NCBI GenBank assembly: GCA_963703955.1
Contig: CAVPGK010000015.1
Span: forward strand, 64,001 to 128,000
Origin: Nitrospirota bacterium
GTDB taxonomy: Bacteria; Nitrospirota; Nitrospiria; Nitrospirales; Nitrospiraceae
Reading direction: 5' to 3'
DNA length: 64,000 nucleotides
Under the pieces are notes generated by a model. The model ran no database searches. It was given only the letters and a program-made list of their open reading frames with translations, and had not been told where the DNA came from. The position numbers and the translations under genes were made by a program. Shown here in pieces: positions 61,250 through 64,000 of this stretch. The number at the start of each line of letters is the position of its first letter. Position 1 is the stretch's first letter.

Positions 61250-62737
61250 GCCGCGGGTATCACGGCGTTGAGTTTTCGACAAGAGTCCATGCAACTTGTT
61301 CATCGTCGCTTCAAACTCGGTGGGATTAAAGACCGACCCACCCCGAGTCTCCTTATAGAGAACGTCGATCGTATCTTTTATCGTTTTTGACTCGGGCAGC
61401 GCCCCTGCGGTTTCAAGGTAAGCATCATACAGACTTGCCAGGGCAAGCACAGCCTGCTCGGCGGCTAGAAAATCAGATCCCGTGAGACCAATCCGATCAC
61501 CGGAGATGTTTTTCATCAGTGATAAGACACTTTGCTGCGTGAAGGTGAACTGGCCAACTTGTGAAACCAGTTTGTCGGAGAGTGCAAGGAGCCTACTGAA
61601 GGTCCCATTAGGCGATCCCTGGGAAATTTCCTTCTTTGTCAGCTCCTCGTGAAACGTCCTCATTAATTGCTCGAGGTGCTTTCCTTCATCTGATGCAGCC
61701 AGATTCACGACATGGCGAAAGACCGCGTAGCTTGAAGAATTCCATACCAACTGACCGGGCTTGCCTTCGTAATCTCTTCTCCGCCACCTCTGTTCACTCT
61801 TATCCTTCTCGGTGAGGCCATGCAAGCGATCGACTACCGCATGATGGCACGCAAAACAATCGAAGTGGGTAAAGTCCGGCCAGTGCCCGAAACTGGTATG
61901 TCGGCTTTCTGTTAAACGCTTTATCTCGTTGCGGAACGCTGCGGCCTGACCGATCGCCCATACTCGGGTGCTGAGCCATTCGCGGTCTTTTTTCTCTTGG
62001 GGGGGGCGCCAGTGGGGCGGCATCACGTAGGTATAGTTGTCGATCTCGAAAGTCAAGCGCGGGTGGCCCGCTCCGATAAGCTCATGAGTCACTTCCTTTC
62101 CATCAGCCCCCGCATGGCATTCGAGGCACTTCTCAGCACGCTTGACAAAGTCCTTCATATTGTTCATTCCGAGGGACGTCGCCTTTTGCCGGTCAAAGCC
62201 CGGCCGGATATGGGGGTTGAGCCATTTTTCGGCTGGGCCATGGCAGGCCTCGCAACTTACCGAGTCCGTTATGTCGTAGAACGGTCCTTGGCGGGCTGGG
62301 CTGACTGGCACCGCATGACAGACAAGGCATCGCTCACTGTCTTCCGGCTTGGCGATCTTCAGGTTTCTGGCAATGGTTTTGGCGTCCGCGCTCGTGAGGA
62401 CTTCATAAGCTTTGGCGTGCCTGTCTTTCTGCGACCAAATGTAAAACTCATTCTGTCCAATGCGCAATTTGTTACGCGCCGTGCTGTTTCCGTGGCAGTC
62501 GCTCCCACTACAAGAGGAAGCGCCCATATACTTGTAGAGATCATCAGAGTTGGTTTTTCCCGAGACTGCTGGATCCTTGTTTTCAGCGAGCGACTCTCTA
62601 TGCCATGCAGGCCGAGCAATGAAGACGCACAAGACGGTAAAGATACTTATGTCTATTAGTCCATGCGTGACCGTTCTCTTTGCTGATCCCTGTGTTATCA
62701 AGAGCAATCGTTTACGAATACAACCCTCCCGCAGCAA
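61247..62737 (-). CDS. Multiheme cytochrome c (c554-like N-terminal region, five heme motifs)
   Basis: CSGSDCH (CX4CH), CLVCH, CEACH, CLECH, CFACH; VSCEACHGPAE pattern. Start uncertain. Confidence 0.88.
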   Translation of the reverse strand: MLREGCIRKRLLLITQGSAKRTVTHGLIDISIFTVLCVFIARPAWHRESLAENKDPAVSGKTNSDDLYKYMGASSCSGSDCHGNSTARNKLRIGQNEFYIWSQKDRHAKAYEVLTSADAKTIARNLKIAKPEDSERCLVCHAVPVSPARQGPFYDITDSVSCEACHGPAEKWLNPHIRPGFDRQKATSLGMNNMKDFVKRAEKCLECHAGADGKEVTHELIGAGHPRLTFEIDNYTYVMPPHWRPPQEKKDREWLSTRVWAIGQAAAFRNEIKRLTESRHTSFGHWPDFTHFDCFACHHAVVDRLHGLTEKDKSEQRWRRRDYEGKPGQLVWNSSSYAVFRHVVNLAASDEGKHLEQLMRTFHEELTKKEISQGSPNGTFSRLLALSDKLVSQVGQFTFTQQSVLSLMKNISGDRIGLTGSDFLAAEQAVLALASLYDAYLETAGALPESKTIKDTIDVLYKETRGGSVFNPTEFEATMNKLHGLLSKTQRRDTRG

Positions 62738-63097
62738 CGGGTTATCGAGCAGCTGCTCTCTTCGTTGGCAGGGCGGGGCTGCCCAGCGGATTCTGTGTCG
62801 TTAGGCGGCCACGATCCTACCATAGGGTGTCAAGAGATTCTATCCACGTTCCGTCTGGCATCATGGATACGGCTGGTCCGAATTGCTTCCGGAAGTGACC
62901 GCTCAGGTGAGCGGTCTGAAAGACTTGAGACCGCCCTTGTGATCGGTAGCGCCCGCTCGCCTTAATTAGGCGGGGCAGTTATCAGCTTGACAACGCCAAA
63001 TGAGTATGCCAAAAGAGAGCCCGTCGGGACTATCATCAAAAAGGTTTGACGTTCCGCTTGATCGAGAATGTCATTCTCCAAGGAGGGGGGAAATGCC

Positions 63098-63559
63098 ATG
63101 ACGACCAGAAGATTGTTATCTAAAGGCCTATTCGTTCATGTCTCACTTGCCGTAGGCGTGTTGCTGGGGATGGTTACCCTAGCGGTCCAAGCTGCCGCGC
63201 CTCCCGAGAAGATCGAGATCGTTATCAAGGAAGGTGAAGCGAAGGTGGTACGCGGCTCCACGCTCAACGGAGTTCTGACCGAGATCAGCGTCCGCAATGA
63301 AGACACCATCACGCACGGGTTCAATTCCTCGATATTCGGGAAAGATACCAAAGTCGAGATGTCGGGTGGCTACCATGCAGACGTAAAAGGGCCGCATGTG
63401 TATCGAGTGGACCCAGGAAAGACGATGGTGCTTAAATTCACCTTGCCACCTCAATCCGGGGGCGAAACCATGACGTATGCATTCTGGTGCGACATGCACC
63501 GCTCTCTGAGGGGAGAAATGCTAGTTGTGGAGCAGACGGGGGAGATCGGTGGTGGATAA
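63098..63559 (+). CDS. Exported cupredoxin-fold protein
   Basis: AAGGAGG RBS; signal ending VQA; VRNEDTITHGF and AFWCDMHRSLRGE. Confidence 0.82.
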   Translation: MTTRRLLSKGLFVHVSLAVGVLLGMVTLAVQAAAPPEKIEIVIKEGEAKVVRGSTLNGVLTEISVRNEDTITHGFNSSIFGKDTKVEMSGGYHADVKGPHVYRVDPGKTMVLKFTLPPQSGGETMTYAFWCDMHRSLRGEMLVVEQTGEIGGG

Positions 63560-63645
63560 GACGGAGACCGCAGTTATCTGAGAACCTGTGGTGTCGGATC
63601 GGATGAAGCGGTTCCCCACAATGGGTCGCTGCAGCGTCATTCCGC

Positions 63646-64000
63646 TTAATGAGCCTGTTGGCTCAGCGGAAAAATGATCACAAGCGCTCCCATGACATCA
63701 TCTATTTTGAAATCCGTCTTCGGGCTGTCGCGGTGTGAGTTGTGGCACCCGATACACACAGTTGTGACAGCCCGATCGGCGTAGACCGCTCCGAAAAACT
63801 GCTCCCCGCCGCGACCGATGATGCCGGAATAGGGCCTGTCTGGATGAATTTGAACCTCTTCAAGGCCTCGCCGCTCGAATTCAGTGACTGGTATATTTGC
63901 CTTGTTGATTGGCCACTGACTGATCAGGTGATAGCGGACCTTCTGGCCGGTTAATTCGGCCATCTCGCTCGTCTCTTTTAGGAACTGAACAGGTAAGGGT
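63646..64000 (-). CDS. DUF3365/Tll0287-like heme c protein (partial, runs off window)
   Basis: RYHLISQWPIN..N.P..EFE, AVYADRAV...CIGCHN, FKIDDVMGAL. Confidence 0.8.
   Translation of the reverse strand, partial: PLPVQFLKETSEMAELTGQKVRYHLISQWPINKANIPVTEFERRGLEEVQIHPDRPYSGIIGRGGEQFFGAVYADRAVTTVCIGCHNSHRDSPKTDFKIDDVMGALVIIFPLSQQAH

Noticed and set aside
62716..62785. Possible second copy of the 55400 stem-loop family
   Set aside because: Only short words (CAANGA, CGTTGCT) are shared; cannot be supported by eye.

Overview
High-GC bacterial chromosome segment. Gene content, gene order and small-protein families suggest Nitrospira (Nitrospirota); this is inference, not a database result. Most of the window is core housekeeping: a lepA-lepB-hldE-kdsB-pyrG-kdsA-kdsD-pgsA-plsY run, degP, an EF-G paralog, radC, rsmD-coaD-aminotransferase, purH-purD-tsaC, dnaE-accA, scpAB, ppx, recG, rpmB and tRNA-Gly(CCC). 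There are two accessory zones. The first (about 34.2-42.6 kb) holds a GG-less ThiS/MoaD-like protein, a degenerate GGDEF protein, an MFS transporter, three adjacent IS elements and a hybrid kinase. The second lies beyond tRNA-Gly (59.9-64 kb) and holds an integrase relic abutting the tRNA 5' end, a pentaheme cytochrome c, a cupredoxin with Leu at the axial position and a DUF3365-like heme protein. The first 12 kb carries many single-base insertions (bioA, pyrG, the two first membrane genes) that are most likely long-read errors. No CRISPR array or rRNA was seen. Best leads: a dispersed ~120-bp structured repeat with compensatory changes, two PqqD/RRE-like fusion proteins (one a MEMO1 with an eroded metal site next to an uncharacterised membrane-protein cluster), and the tRNA-5'-linked heme/copper redox module.
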